Below, in pieces: positions 12,721 through 25,499 of a DNA stretch of 64,000 nt. The translations under genes were made by a program, and so were the position numbers. This DNA is from Carcharhinus amblyrhynchos (taxonomy: Eukaryota): assembly GCA_965287045.1 (NCBI GenBank), contig OZ336884.1, forward strand, positions 56,482,001-56,546,000. Direction: 5' to 3'. Every line of letters starts with the position of its first letter. Position 1 is the first letter of the stretch. The notes beneath the pieces were generated by a model that ran no database searches, had not been told where the DNA came from, and saw only the letters and a program-made list of their open reading frames with translations.

Positions 12721-13479
12721 GAATCAGGCTCATTTGCAGTTCTGACTTTTCCAGATGGATCACCCAGTCATGAAAAGAGCCTAAAAAAAAGTTAAGAAAG
12801 GAATGAGCCATGTTTCTATATAAAAGAGTAATAAAAAGCTAATCATAAAATTGCACTTTATGGTTTCAAATGATTTTTTTAAAATGAAAATCATATTGTA
12901 CTGGAAACAAACCTATTCAATGGTATCATTAGGCCATGGTTGTAGATAATTCCTTTGGTTCAAGGGACAGAGTTTCAGTCATTATTGTTCTTAATATAGC
13001 TGAGGTGATAGGTTTCCTAAATATGCTATTAGAATCCTTTTTAATCAGCTGAATCAATATCCAAAACAACTGTCTTACTTCTACCCAGTTTAAGTTAAAG
13101 TTTCTCTTAAGAGTGTTGTGCAGATTCTGTCTGGCTGGTGGAGGTCTCATCTACTGATCAGAGGTGCATCTGGGAGCACCCATTACTTCCATGGGTTGGG
13201 GGTATAATTGTTGGAATGAAGGGCCTTTCAGGGACTTAAGTGACCACCTTCAGGCCTTTCCCATGATTGATATTTTTAGTAGCAGAAGACCTGTCCAGAA
13301 AGAACTATTGGTCAGAGGCCAACAGATCCTCAATGCTGCCAGCAGGAACAGTGACTGAACAGAGGCTCAGGACCACCAGAGGATCCCAATCCAAAATCAA
13401 TGATGGTGGGATAGGGGTCACAGAGTGGGAATTACAAGAGAGAAAGGCATAGTCTGTTATCACTGTTGTGGGTGTTAGA

Positions 13480-13667
13480 TGTCCAAAATGTGCAGATTAG
13501 CTGGACTGGCAATGCTTAATTGCCCCTTAGCATCAAGGGATTAGAAGGGTAAATACATGGGGTTACAGGGATAGGCCTGGGCGGGATTGTGGTTGGTGCA
13601 GACTTGATGGGCCGAATGGCCTCTTTCTGCACTGGAGGGATTCTATGGTTCTACTCAATGATTCTAT
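13480..13667 (+). mobile_element. HE1 SINE 3' half
   Basis: tccaaaatgtgcagattag...ggtgcagacttgatgggccgaatggcc...gattctatg. Confidence 0.75.
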
Positions 13668-14347
13668 TGTTCAGATGAGATTGTGCACAGGGAGGATTCA
13701 TAGATATTGCTAGAAACAAGACTGTTAGTCAACTTCAACTTTTCATAAACATTCTACTAACTATGTATAGTACCAAATTAGTACAATGCTTCATGTCGAA
13801 CTATCTGTCAGCATATCCTGTTGTCAGGTGATCTTAGATCACTGATCCTGCAGACTGTCGATTTACATATTTAACCTTAATCCTTTTACACTACATTTCC
13901 CTCAAAATCTCTAACTTTATTAAATATACTATTTACATGAACCCAATCTCCCCAACCTCATTTTCTGTCCTCTCGTAGGATTCAAGTTGTCCTCTCTCAA
14001 ACTCTGTAGGACAGTATGTCAATCCACAGAAACTATTGGCTTACTGTTCAGATTGTGCTCCTGATCATCTGAATAGTTTCTCCATTGCATTGATGATCTT
14101 ATTCTGCTAGATAATTTCTGCTCACCATTCCAGTTTTAGTCACTGCAGGATAAGATCACTGATGTATTGTTTTTTTCCCAAAACTTCACCTGTGCGATTC
14201 TGGTGAAGAATCCATACTAATTCACCCGGCTGGAGTTCTGACAAATCTTGTATTCTACGATGTTGATTATAGCTTCAGGTTTAATTTGCATGATAGTCAT
14301 CCCTTATTCTCTCTGTATCTGCTGCTTTGAGAGATGGCAACACACAT

Positions 14348-14680
14348 CACAGAATCCCTACAGTGCAGAAGTGCGCCATTTGGCCCATTGAGTCTGCACC
14401 GACAACAATCCCACCTCGGACCTATACCTGCAGCCCACATATTTACCCCATGAATCCCTTGAACCTACACATCTCAGGACACTAAGGGGCATTTTAGCAT
14501 GGCCAATCCACCTAACCCGCACATCGTTGAACTGTGGGAGGAAACTTAAGCACCGGAGGAAACCAACACAAACACGAGAAGAATGTACAAACTCTTCACA
14601 GACAGTGACCCAAACCGGGAATTGAACCCAGGTCCATGGAGCTGTGAGGCAGCAGTGCTAACCATTGTGCCACCGTGCTG
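14348..14680 (-). mobile_element. HE1/V-SINE
   Basis: Same head, V-domain and tail as 9917-10259. Confidence 0.88.
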
Positions 14681-16120
14681 TTCCATGTGGAGGAACAGGC
14701 AGTTGAGTATGCATCATCATCACATTAGAAGATCTGATCGAGCCAAACTATTCTGAGGTGGTTTGGAACAGTAGCCCAAATAGTAGCTCAACACTGTTAA
14801 GTTGCTGGTGCCATTTGTCTTCAACAAAGCCTTTACTCCTTTCTTGGTCTCTCCATTAACTTCAATGTATTTGGGTGAAATGGTCTTACGGGCAAATGCA
14901 TAGACTCCTGTGAACTGCTAACAATATTTGTTTGCAAACAATGGGTCATTGCCTCAAAAGGATTGGTTCTGGAATTCTATGTGTGATAAAATATTTTAGT
15001 AATTTCATGACAGCTTCATGGCTCCATGAAAATACTTCACGTCTGTCCATCTGGAGTAATAGTCAACAAAGAGGAGTGTCTTGTTCTTGAGTTCAAAAAG
15101 ATCTATTCTGAGACATTCTTATTGTCCTGATGGAAACAAGGTTACTGTAAGTGGTTCACTCTGCACCTGGAGATGGATTGCACAGTTGGTGCAGCTCAAT
15201 ATTATTTTTCCAAATGATTTTAAAATCCGTGACAACCAAATGGAACTTTTGCACCCTAGCATGACATTCTGTATTGCCAAGATATCCTTGGTGTATTCTC
15301 TTAAGGTTCTTGAACATTCTACTAACAATGTGCAGTATAATACTTTACATAGAGCTACCTCTCAGCATACTGTGTTGTCACATATTACTTCACTGATAAT
15401 GTAGACTATTTGTATGTTTAACATTAACCTTTCACACTACAGGTAGGAGGTGCAGGCAATGGCATGGCATGTCAGTAGCCCATCACCTTACCAATGTCAG
15501 GACCCTCCATCAGTTACAGGGCCCAACAACAAGCGATGCCCACTCCTGGGAGACCAGTGGCAAACTCAACCGATTTTGTTGAATGCCTATCAAAAATCTG
15601 GAAAAGCCATTTAATCCCTGAGCCATCACTAAATTGCAATGAGCTCAAAGGTGATGGTGTCATCTGGCTCATTAATGAGACAAATTGACATCCCACTGCA
15701 GTGAACTGGGAATTCTGCATCAGCCCATCCCGCCCTCTGGCTCAGCCAGAGGAGGCTTTGCTGCCACCAAGAGACGGACGTGGGACCTCTCCCATGATTA
15801 AGTGGGCCTAGTTGCTCTGTTTCCGGCTGTGGTGGGCTGCTTTAAGTCGGCATAGCTTTACTGATAAATTAGAATTTAAAAAAAAGATTCTATGTATTAT
15901 AAGGTCTGTTCTAAAACCCAAAGGCCTGAATTTTGTGGATGGTGGGGGCTGACTCCCAACCAAAGAGAGAGTTGGTGGGGAATGCAACCTGCCAACTCCA
16001 GCAGGCCCACTACCGTTTTTATGTTCAAATGAGTATTGATTGACAGCATGCTGGTCTTCCGTCCCTACTTGGAAGAAAGTGCAACCCTGCAGAGCCAGTG
16101 GGTAATTGTGGAATAGGCTG

Positions 16121-16196
16121 AGGGGATGGGGCGGGGTGGGCCGGGGTGGGGGGCGGGGGGGAGGCGGGCAGGGGGAGGTGGGAGGTGTGGGGGGGA
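16121..16196 (+). repeat. G-rich tract (potential G-quadruplex)
   Basis: About nine runs of 3 or more G within 76 bp, inside a GC-rich repeat relic. Confidence 0.7.
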
Positions 16197-17249
16197 TAGG
16201 TCCAGAGGTGCCCAGTCTCATGTTCATGGTTTAATGTCCATTCCATTCTTCAGGATGAGCGGAAAGTCAACAGGGGGCTTCCAATAGAAGCACCCCACCT
16301 CACCCAATCCCCAATTAAGGATAGGGCATTTTTCTACTTCCTACACTCAGTTATCCTGCGCCCAGCAGCCTGAAAATTGTGGTCGGGTGGAAATGGCCCT
16401 TAAAAGGCCACTCAAGGGCTTCAATGGTGGCAAGGCTTCACGTTCAAGGCCCTGCCCACCCCACGCTTCCAGATCAGGCCGGGCAGTATCCCAGAAGGAA
16501 TCCTATCCAAGCAATTTCACACTTCCGCCATCTGCGCCACCGCCTTGAAACCACTCCTCCCACCCACCCCGCTCCCCCTTTTGGGGTTGAGGGAGAAGCA
16601 GGGGGAGGGGAATGTTAAATAGACAAAAATATCTTCCTTTCATTTTCATATGTAAATTTCTTATTACATTTCCATTCAAAGAGGAAACATGCTGGGTTTT
16701 GTTTTCCATTAAATTAAAGTAGTTCACCATTTTTACATTTTCTTTTCAAGCGCCCTGATACATAATTCATGCCGCTTGATACCAAAAGCCTGCAAATGCA
16801 TATGCTGGAGATACAAAGGAAGAACTTAAAAAGTGCTAAGATTATAATTTTGTTTTTTCATTGAAACATAAATTAATGCATGTGTTTTAGTTATATATGT
16901 AAATTATGCAATCTACCAGGAAATCCTGACAATTTGGTTTAGAAAAGCCACATTTCCTGTTGTGGCTTCCAACAATTTTCTTTCAGACAAAGTTTTTTTT
17001 TAAAAATGACTTCAAGTGATAAACATTGCTCATCCCTGCTCAAATTGGCTAAATTTCAAGGCCTAAATATTTAAATTGCTCAGATGGAATTATGCTGAAT
17101 AGGATCACTAAATAGTTCATTTATTTTTTTCCTTGGATGAAATGCAAGCATCAACAAACTGAAAATGGCATTGCAGAAATGATTTTCTTTGCTTAATCAA
17201 GAAAAATTATCCTCAAAACTTGAAAATAAGGGTCCTATTGTCCTTTTGT

Positions 17250-17610
17250 CACTGGACTAATCCAAAGTCCCAGGGCAATGTTCTAGGTACCCAGACTCAA
17301 ATCCCACCTCTGCAGATGGTGAAATTTGAATTCACTAAAACTCTGGAATTAAAAGTCTAACGGTGACCTTGAAACTATCGTCAATTGTTGTAAAAACCCA
17401 CCTGGTTCATTAATATCCTTAAAGGAAGGAAATCTATTGTCCTTATCTGGTCTGGCCAATATGTTACTTCAGATCCATGGCAATGTGGTTGACTCTTAAA
17501 TAAACCCTTCTGAAATGGCCCATCACACTACTCCACTCAAGGCAATTAGGGAATGACAATGAAAGCTGACCCAGCCAGCGATGCCCATGTCCCATGAACA
17601 AATAAAAAAA
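17250..17610 (+). mobile_element. tRNA-derived SINE, second family
   Basis: Colinear with 2335-2720; ends aaataaaaaaaa. Confidence 0.8.
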
Positions 17611-19639
17611 ACTTGGAAAGGGTAAGTAAGAACAACAAGCCAGCTATCAGTGTTCTTTTAGCGAATGTGTGCAGTAGATATTCAGAACTGTGGCTGCCCA
17701 AGACATGTAGAACCACCATTTACGATAGTGACCCAGGAAGACAACATCTGAATTAGATTTGAAACAATCTGCTGGCATAATTTGGATGATTCTTATCACA
17801 CCAGAAAATGCTTTGAACAATATCCTGAAGAACAGAATGATATGGTTGACTAAACTCCAAAGGCCGTTTGTATTACTTTCTTCTATATTTTAATGATTTG
17901 TTGAAAAGTCCCTTCCGGTCTTCTTTATAAACTTCTCATTCTAACTTTAAAATTTATGCTGCCTTATTACTGTTTAGAAAGGTTTAACCATACGCTCCAT
18001 TGACTGGAACAGAGAAGGTGAAGGGAGGATTGAATTGAAGTGCTTAAAGTGGGCAAGGGTTTAAAAAGTTAAATAGAGAAAGCTTATTCCCATTGTTAGT
18101 TGAATCAGCAATAAAGCGATTATAAACCTGGGATTAGTACTGGAAGGATAAAGAAGACATTTTTTCAGACAATGAGTTCTTAGTGTACAGAATGCATTAC
18201 CACAAGCACCCATTGAAGCTGAATCAGCCATGGAACAGGGTATTACATAAATACCTCAAAAGGAAAAATAGTCAAAGACACAGATTTAGGACAGGGAATA
18301 GGATTTAAAGTTCTGTTGTGTGGATCTAACCAAAAGAAATGGTTGAATATTGATATTCCTATGATTGTATATCATGTATTCCATACTAAAAATTCTATGC
18401 TTTGTCATGTTAAGTTAAATACGACTGAAAGAGGGTCACTGTATTTCTGCAAGTTGAATATCATGATAAATATAAGTTGGCAATATATTGTCATAACATG
18501 GTGCAGACATACTTAAATAACAGCTTGTTAGTACAGTATGTTTTCTAATGTTCCTAAGTGAATGAAGTACTATAAACTCAAGGTTAATAAGCCTGTGTTG
18601 CAGTGTAATTTAACAACCACTCCTTGTAACCTCTTTTGGGCACTTATGTTGCTTCTGCTGAATGATTTAACAGCCAAGGTTACAATTTCACCAAATATAA
18701 CTCGGCCGAGATACAATTTCTGTATCAATTATTTCTTATATACTCTATCACTGTAACCAGTTGTCATATTATTAAGCGCTGGTGCCACACAGTCTCAAAA
18801 GTTACCAGATTACAGAAATAAGGTATATTTGTGAGGCTTATCCATCCAAAGAAATATATTTTCAATGCTCCTGTACCCATTAATAGTATCTTAATTGAGT
18901 CTAATGTCCTCACCTTCAACATCCTACCCAAAGACCACTCCATGACTGATTATTCTCGTGTCAAGTGGTTATCCCAGGCATCTTCTGTAAACAGCCCTTT
19001 TAATCTCAGCTTTGGATTCTGCAATGACAAATGTGCAGTCAGCCCAGCTGACCCTGCATGCAGATAGCTCCTCTATAATATCCAGAAGCTTGTAATAAAG
19101 TGTGGAGAGTGGTCATTCTCACAAAATCACCTCATTCAACCAATGTCCCAGACTCCACCACTACCATCTCTCACAATGTCCTGTCTCACTGGCAGATCCA
19201 GCAGAGATGGTGTCACAGCAGAATACAATTGGGAGGGCATGGTCCTGGGAGACTTAAACACTGATATTGAACCCCATGAAATTTCATAGCATGCAGATCA
19301 GTCACAGGCAAAGAAACCTCCTGCTGATTACCACCTACTACCCTCTTTCAGCTGACCAATTAGTACTCCTCCATATTGACCACTCAGAAGTGGCACTGAG
19401 GGCAAATAGAAGAAGCTTGATCAAGGAGGTAAATTTTTTGATGTACACTTTTGAGAGAAAAGAGGTAGAGAGGTAGGAAGATTTAGAGAGTGGGTGAACA
19501 ACTAGAAGGTCATGAGTTTAACCTCTCATCCAAAAGACAACAGCTGACTCTGCCACATTCCCTCAGGCCTATACTAAACATCAACCCAGAACCTGGACTT
19601 TGAACCTTGGAGCAGGTCAGGAATCCACTTGAACTGACA

Positions 19640-19984
19640 TGTTGTTTATACTATGACTATAGCAATACAGTGAACCTTAGTCCATGTTGATCCACTAGAA
19701 GGAACTCTTCAGATGCGGGCAATAAAATAAAACAAGATTTATTCCAACTGATAAATCAAAGAGAAAGGTTTACCAAAGAAATTTCATTTTCCAGCACTTC
19801 AGACTTCACCCGAGGCCATCCCAAACTCTCACAACCTCCAGCAGCTTCTTATTTATAGTGAGTCCATTGGTCAGTTGACCACCACATAATTTTGTTATTG
19901 GTTGCATAGTTTACTGGGTCAGCTGACCCTTACCATTGGTCACACTACAACTGCTCCAATGTTATCATTGGTTACATTTTAACA
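19640..19984 (-). mobile_element. Probable solo LTR
   Basis: TGTT...AACA ends. The minus strand has four CCAAT boxes, then TATAAAT, then AATAAA. No TSD seen. Confidence 0.45.
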
Positions 19985-20552
19985 GTCTGGTGGGAGCATT
20001 CTGGTCTCTGAGTAAGCAGATTAGGGGTTGAGTGTCACAACGAGAAATCCTGGTCGGTGAAGAAGAGATTGCTAGCCTCTGGCTGCCTCCAGTAGTACTA
20101 CCTGGGTGGAGTGGAAAACCTCCATCGCAGCTGCCAGTTCTCTGAGGGAATTTGTGAGTCAAACTCTTGAGTTGTCCTCATGAACATGGGCTTCATTGTA
20201 GAAATAAAGCAAGGGTACAATCTGCTGGATGTAAAAATAATGGGCATTGTCTTCTCTCATATTGCTATGCACAGAGGAGAAGAAGAACATGACTATGTAG
20301 ATGTCCTTTAGTTGTGTGACTCATTCTTCTGAAGACCATGCTTTCACACTTCATTCACATATTATCAACAGCACGGAGGAAAGTCAGTATCCGAAATGTT
20401 CAACACAGCAATTATCAGCACAAATATAAGTCAGCCATGTGCTTGTATTATTTCATTTACTTTCGATAACCTTCTCTTTATTTTTGATGCTTTTATTGAT
20501 ACCTTACAAAAACCTTTGTTAAGAAATTACAAATGAATATTGTCTCCCACAG

Positions 20553-20662
20553 GTGGTTGGAGATTGGAGATTTGGTCGAACAAGCTGCAACATCTTTGTG
20601 ACGCTGGATGTCATGATGTGCACAGCAAGCATTCTGAACCTTTGTGCAATCAGTATTGATAG
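20553..20662 (+). CDS. DRD3: Dopamine D3 receptor, coding exon 2 (ECL1, TM3 with D3.32, start of DRY)
   Basis: tctcccacAG|[36 protein letters not shown](R)|GTTAGT, 110 nt. Absent from the ORF track, read directly from the sequence. Confidence 0.95.
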
Positions 20663-20879
20663 GTTAGTCCACCCCTAATATATTTGAAAGTGTTTTAGAT
20701 ATCAGGAATAAGAACTCTGTTTTCAACATTAAAAATGATAATCTATGTGTGATGACTCTTTAGTGTTGCAATCATTGATTTGTTGAATAGCTTCAATTTT
20801 TCTTCAATTCTGATGTAAAGTGCCAATCTTCACAGTAAAGTACCTGTGCTCATACAAGAAGATACAAGATACACACGGG

Positions 20880-21670
20880 TGTCACAACTAGGGGATAAGC
20901 AAGAAGCTAATAAGAACTAAAAACATTAATATCAACAGAAAAAAATTAGTAGAGAAAATAATGGGAATAAAAAGTGGTAAATGCCCCAGGATCTAATGGC
21001 CTACATCATGATGTTCTTTAATCATAGAATCACTGCAGTGCAGAAGGGGGCCATTCAGCCCATCACGCCTGCATCAACAACAATCCCACCCTGGCCTATT
21101 CCCTGTTATCCCACATATTTACCTTGCTATCCCCCCTGACACTAAAGGACAATCTAGCATGGCCAATCAACCAAACCACACATCTTTGGACAGTGGGAAG
21201 AAACTGGAGCAAATGGAGGAAACTCACGCAGATACAGGGAGAATGTGCAAATTCCACACAGACAGTTACCCAAAGCCTGAACTGAACACGGGTCCCTGGT
21301 GCTGTGAGGCAGCGGTGCTAACCACTGTGCCTTAAGAGGTAGCTGACAGATATCAGACGCACTATATGGGCGGGATTTCCCACTCATCCCTCCCTCCGTG
21401 TGTTTCGCACCTGTTTTTCCAAAATGCCTGGATTCTAGAACAGTTCCAACAGATTGGAGTTTAGTATATGTGGCAGGCTCTATTCAAGATCAGAGGGAGA
21501 GTGAAAACAGGGATGCACTGGTCAGTTAGTCTGACATCAGTCATTGGGAAAATGCTAGACTCTATTATTAAACAAGTATCAACAGTACGCTTAGAAAATC
21601 ATAGTATGATCAGAGTCAACATGGTTTTACAAAAAAGAAATAATATTTGACAAACCCGTTAGAGGTTCGG
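20880..21670 (+). mobile_element. CR1 RT fragment with nested HE1 SINE (21021-21331, minus) and a MITE piece
   Basis: KCPRI..LH and SVSLTSVIGKMLDSIIK CR1 motifs on either side of the SINE. Confidence 0.7.
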
Positions 21671-22039
21671 TACTAACAGGATTGTTACAATCTGTGGTGA
21701 TACCCTGGGCACATAGTCAGGATTTTAACTGTAAGGTAATAGGAAAAGAGTCACAAAAGAAAACTTTTTGATTCCTGACAGGTATGGTGGGAACCCTTTG
21801 CAATCAACAGAGGGTTTTATTATACTGGTCATTATTATTATACTGGTTTATGTGCCTGGAGCAAACAATAAAGAAAGAATTCTGAAGAGGTTTAATGGTG
21901 CGCTTTGGTAACCAGCTTGTGTTTGCACTTGGGCATTTCAATACTGTTTCCCTCTCGGCATATCTTCCCAAGTGACATATCTGCAGCAGTACGTCACCTG
22001 TCCCATTGGTTCAACTCACATTCAGGACCAATGCAATGG

Positions 22040-22535
22040 CGATATAGTGAAGTCATAGAAGGTAGCGTGTAGACCATCTTCTGAGAAGTTGAATCATAAT
22101 GTTATCCATCCTCTACCAACATACAGCATGTGAAATGTGAAGGACCTGTCCTGAAGATAGTTCAGATGTGGACAAGAGATCATGGACTATTTTGATGTCG
22201 CTTACCGTGAGTGTTTTTTGATTGGTGTGGTGACCCACGTGAGTTGACAGACACTTTAACATCGCATACCCGGTTTTGAAGGACACAGTTATTGATACAA
22301 AACAGTGAAGGTATTTCCAAATAATAAACCTTGGGTGTCAAGGGATTTTAAAAAAGTGTCTGAATGAGAGGAAGTTGGCATTTCTTAAAGGTGAAACTGA
22401 TATTGGCAAGAAAAAAAGCAAGTTCAAAATGAGGAAAACAAAACTTGATATTAAAAATAAAGTAGAATTTAGGTTTTGCACGGGTAATCCAAGGAAAGCG
22501 TGAGAAGGACTTAACACAATGATGGGCAGGCATCA
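22040..22535 (+). mobile_element. Rex1/Babar-like LINE fragment
   Basis: KTVKVFPNNKPWVSRD...KCLNERKLAF...KVEF...GNPRKA.EGLNTMMG linker motif. Confidence 0.55.
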
Positions 22536-22539
22536 ATGA

Positions 22540-25285
22540 TCACTTCATGACCCTCAGTCTACAACTTGCCAAGAACCAGCAAGCAACGATCATGAGTTCT
22601 TACACCCCAACCTTTGATGCCAATGATGAGTCCAAAGAAGGTTTCTCCCGCACACCATGCACCATATTCACCAACATTCCTAAGGAAGATAAGTTCATCC
22701 TCCTTGGGGAGTGAAATGCAAGGATTGGAAAGGATTCCCAACTCTGGAAAGGAATCATTGAAAAGAAAGGAGATGGGAACTGCAACTTGAATGGGTTTCT
22801 CACGCTCACCAAGTGCGCAAAATACCAGCTTGTCATCACTAACACACTATTCTGTCAAAAAGACAAGGTCAAGACTTCCTTGAGATATCCATAATCAGAG
22901 CACTGATCCTGAGACCAAATGGATGATCTCATCACCAAAGGAATGACCAGTGAAAATGACTGCTGAACAGAGCACCAGCTCTTCCGTTCCTCCATGTTCC
23001 CCAAATTCCACCAGAAACCACTGAAGGTGAAGAAACAGCTCAAGAAAAGATCAATATTGAGCAGTTTCAAGAGCTCAACATGCAAGTGAACTTCCAACAA
23101 TGGCTTCACCAGAATCTCCAAGGCATCCCTTCTAATGGAATGGAAGAAAATTGGAAAAACATGAAGACAGTCATCGTCACAATCTGTGAAGAAACCATCA
23201 GCTACAAGACTGCTTCGATGAGAGCAACCAAGACCTCATTGACAAGAGGAGGAAAGCTCTTTGCACCTGGCAAAACAAGACAACCAGCAATGCAAAGTGG
23301 AGAACTCAGCAAACAGCAAAGATGGAGCTACAAAGAAGAATGAAGGAAACCAAGAACCAATGGTGGACTGAGAAAGTGAAGGAGCTGCAACTCCTCACTG
23401 ACAAATACAACACTCTGGGCTTCTTCAGTGCCACCAAGACGATATACGGACCCAATACCCCAGGTCTCAAGCTGATATGGAGTAAGGACGGAACCCTCAA
23501 GAAACAGCGAAAACATCAGCCTTCGATGGAGACAACACTTCAAAGAATTCCCAAACAATGATACAATCATAGATGAGGGAGTGTTTGAGGAAATCCCCTA
23601 GCTCTCCATCAAAGATGAGCTTGGATTCCCATCAAGCATGGATGAAATAGAAGTCGCCATTAAACATAGTGAAAATGGAAAAGCTGCAGGGGATTTCCAA
23701 ACTTGGAGAAGAAGAGATCACCTGTCATCTCCATCAGCTGTTCCTGAAATTTGGGACAGCCTCAGGGATGCCGTCATTGTCCCCATCTTCAGGAGAAGGC
23801 AGAAAATAGACTGTAGGAATTACCAAGGAATCTCCCTACTTTCCATCGCTGGGGAGCTCATCACCCAAATCCCCACTAGCTGCCTTCTCCCAGACCCTGA
23901 AGGTATCCTTCCAGAAAGACAGTGTGGCCTCTGACCAAACCATGGAACAGTGGACATGATTTTCACTGCTCAATAACTTCCAAGGGAAATGCCAGGAGCA
24001 ACATCACCCTCTCTACTACATTGCCTTCATCAATCTGACCAAGACTCAAGACGATATGGAAGGGCAATAGATGATCCTGTCAAGGCTGGCTGTCCAGAGA
24101 AATTCATCAACATTGTCTGACTCCTCCACATCAAGATGTTGGCGATGGAAATATGACAGAAACCGTTGAGGTCAAACAAGGATGTGTCATTGCCCCACAC
24201 TTTTCTCCAGCTTCATTCTTTGTTTTGTCAAGAATAAGTTGCCCATTGGAGTGGACATTGTCAATAGGATGGATGGAAATCTTTTCAATCTTAACTGGCT
24301 GAAATCCAAGAAGAAAACAATATTGGCTTTGCTTGTGGAAAGTATACAGGTGATATTGCCACCTCTGCTCTTTCAGAAGAGAATCGCCAAGCCATGCTTG
24401 ACACCAGAAGCATACCAAAGAATTGATCTTAGCCTCAACCTTAGGAAGACTCAAGTTCTTTTCCAATCCTCCATCATAATCAATGGAGAAACCTTCCCAC
24501 ACATGGAATGTCTCATCTACCTGGTAAGTCACCTCTTATCTAAGGCTCATATTGAAACTGAGATCCGACATCATATTCAATCCATGAGCACTATCTTCAT
24601 ATGCCTAAAGATGAGAATCCCTGATGACCATGACATCCATGCTGATACCAAAATCTTTGGGTACAAGGCAATCATCCTCCAAATTCTTCTCCATGGCTTG
24701 GAAAGGTACTATCAATGCTGTCTGAAATGGATTCACTGCATCAGCTGGGAGGACAGACGTACTAAAATCAGCATCTTTGCATGAACCAAAAACACCAGCA
24801 CTGAGGCCACGATCATCCAAAACCAACTCTGCTGGGCTGGCCATGTGCGTAGGCTGCCAGAGTCCCAACTGCCAAAGCAAATCTTCTTCGCCCAGCTCAA
24901 GGAAGGCACATGGACATGAGGAGGACAAAGGAAGTGCTTCAAAGACACCCTGAAGGTTTCCTTCAAGAAATACAACAAAGATGTCAACCCCTGGGAGATC
25001 TTTGCTCAAATACCTGGAGGAATCTCCTGATTGAGGTGACACAATTCTTCAAGGACACCTAATGGCAAGAGGAGGTCCAAAAAAAAAGAGCCTTAGAAAG
25101 GAATACCAGCGATCTCGAGTCCAAGGACCAATTTCACCTCCGGCACAACACTTGCCAAATTTGTGGCTCGAGGATCGAGTTCATCAGCCATGCAAGGACC
25201 CACAGAACCCATGACCAAAAACACAGAATTTCTTAGGTGGAAAATCATTCTCATCAGCAAATGATCACTAAAGGAAAAGAAGGCT
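22540..25285 (+). mobile_element. Degraded RTE-clade LINE (endonuclease, RT, C-terminus)
   Basis: DAVIVPIF..DCRNYQGISLLSIAG..ILPERQCG; VKQGCVIAPTLFS; QLCWAGHVRRLPESQLPKQIFFAQL..GGQRKCFKDTLK. Many frameshifts. Confidence 0.88.
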
Positions 25286-25362
25286 GAAGGTTTGTATTTC
25301 TTTGCCTATGTTACAATCGTTTCAATAGTCTGCAGTAAAATCTTGTTTTCTCTTGCTTCAAG

Positions 25363-25499
25363 GTACACTGCTGTGGTGATGCCAATCCTATATAACACAA
25401 ATTACAGCTCCAAGAGGAGAGTGACTATAATGATCAGTGCAGTGTGGATACTATCGTTTGCAGTGTCGTGTCCTCTCCTGTTCGGTTTCAACACAACAG
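25363..25499 (+). CDS. DRD3: Dopamine D3 receptor, coding exon 3 (ICL2, TM4)
   Basis: YTAVVMPILYNTNYSSKRRVTIMISAVWILSFAVSCPLLFGFNTT, AG/GT flanks, 137 nt, phase consistent with neighbours. Confidence 0.95.

Noticed and set aside
14700-15350. Possible minus-strand RTE-like endonuclease relic
   Set aside because: Too degraded to assign family or boundaries confidently.
24182-24784. 200-aa ORF as a host gene
   Set aside because: Frameshifted segment of the RTE relic.
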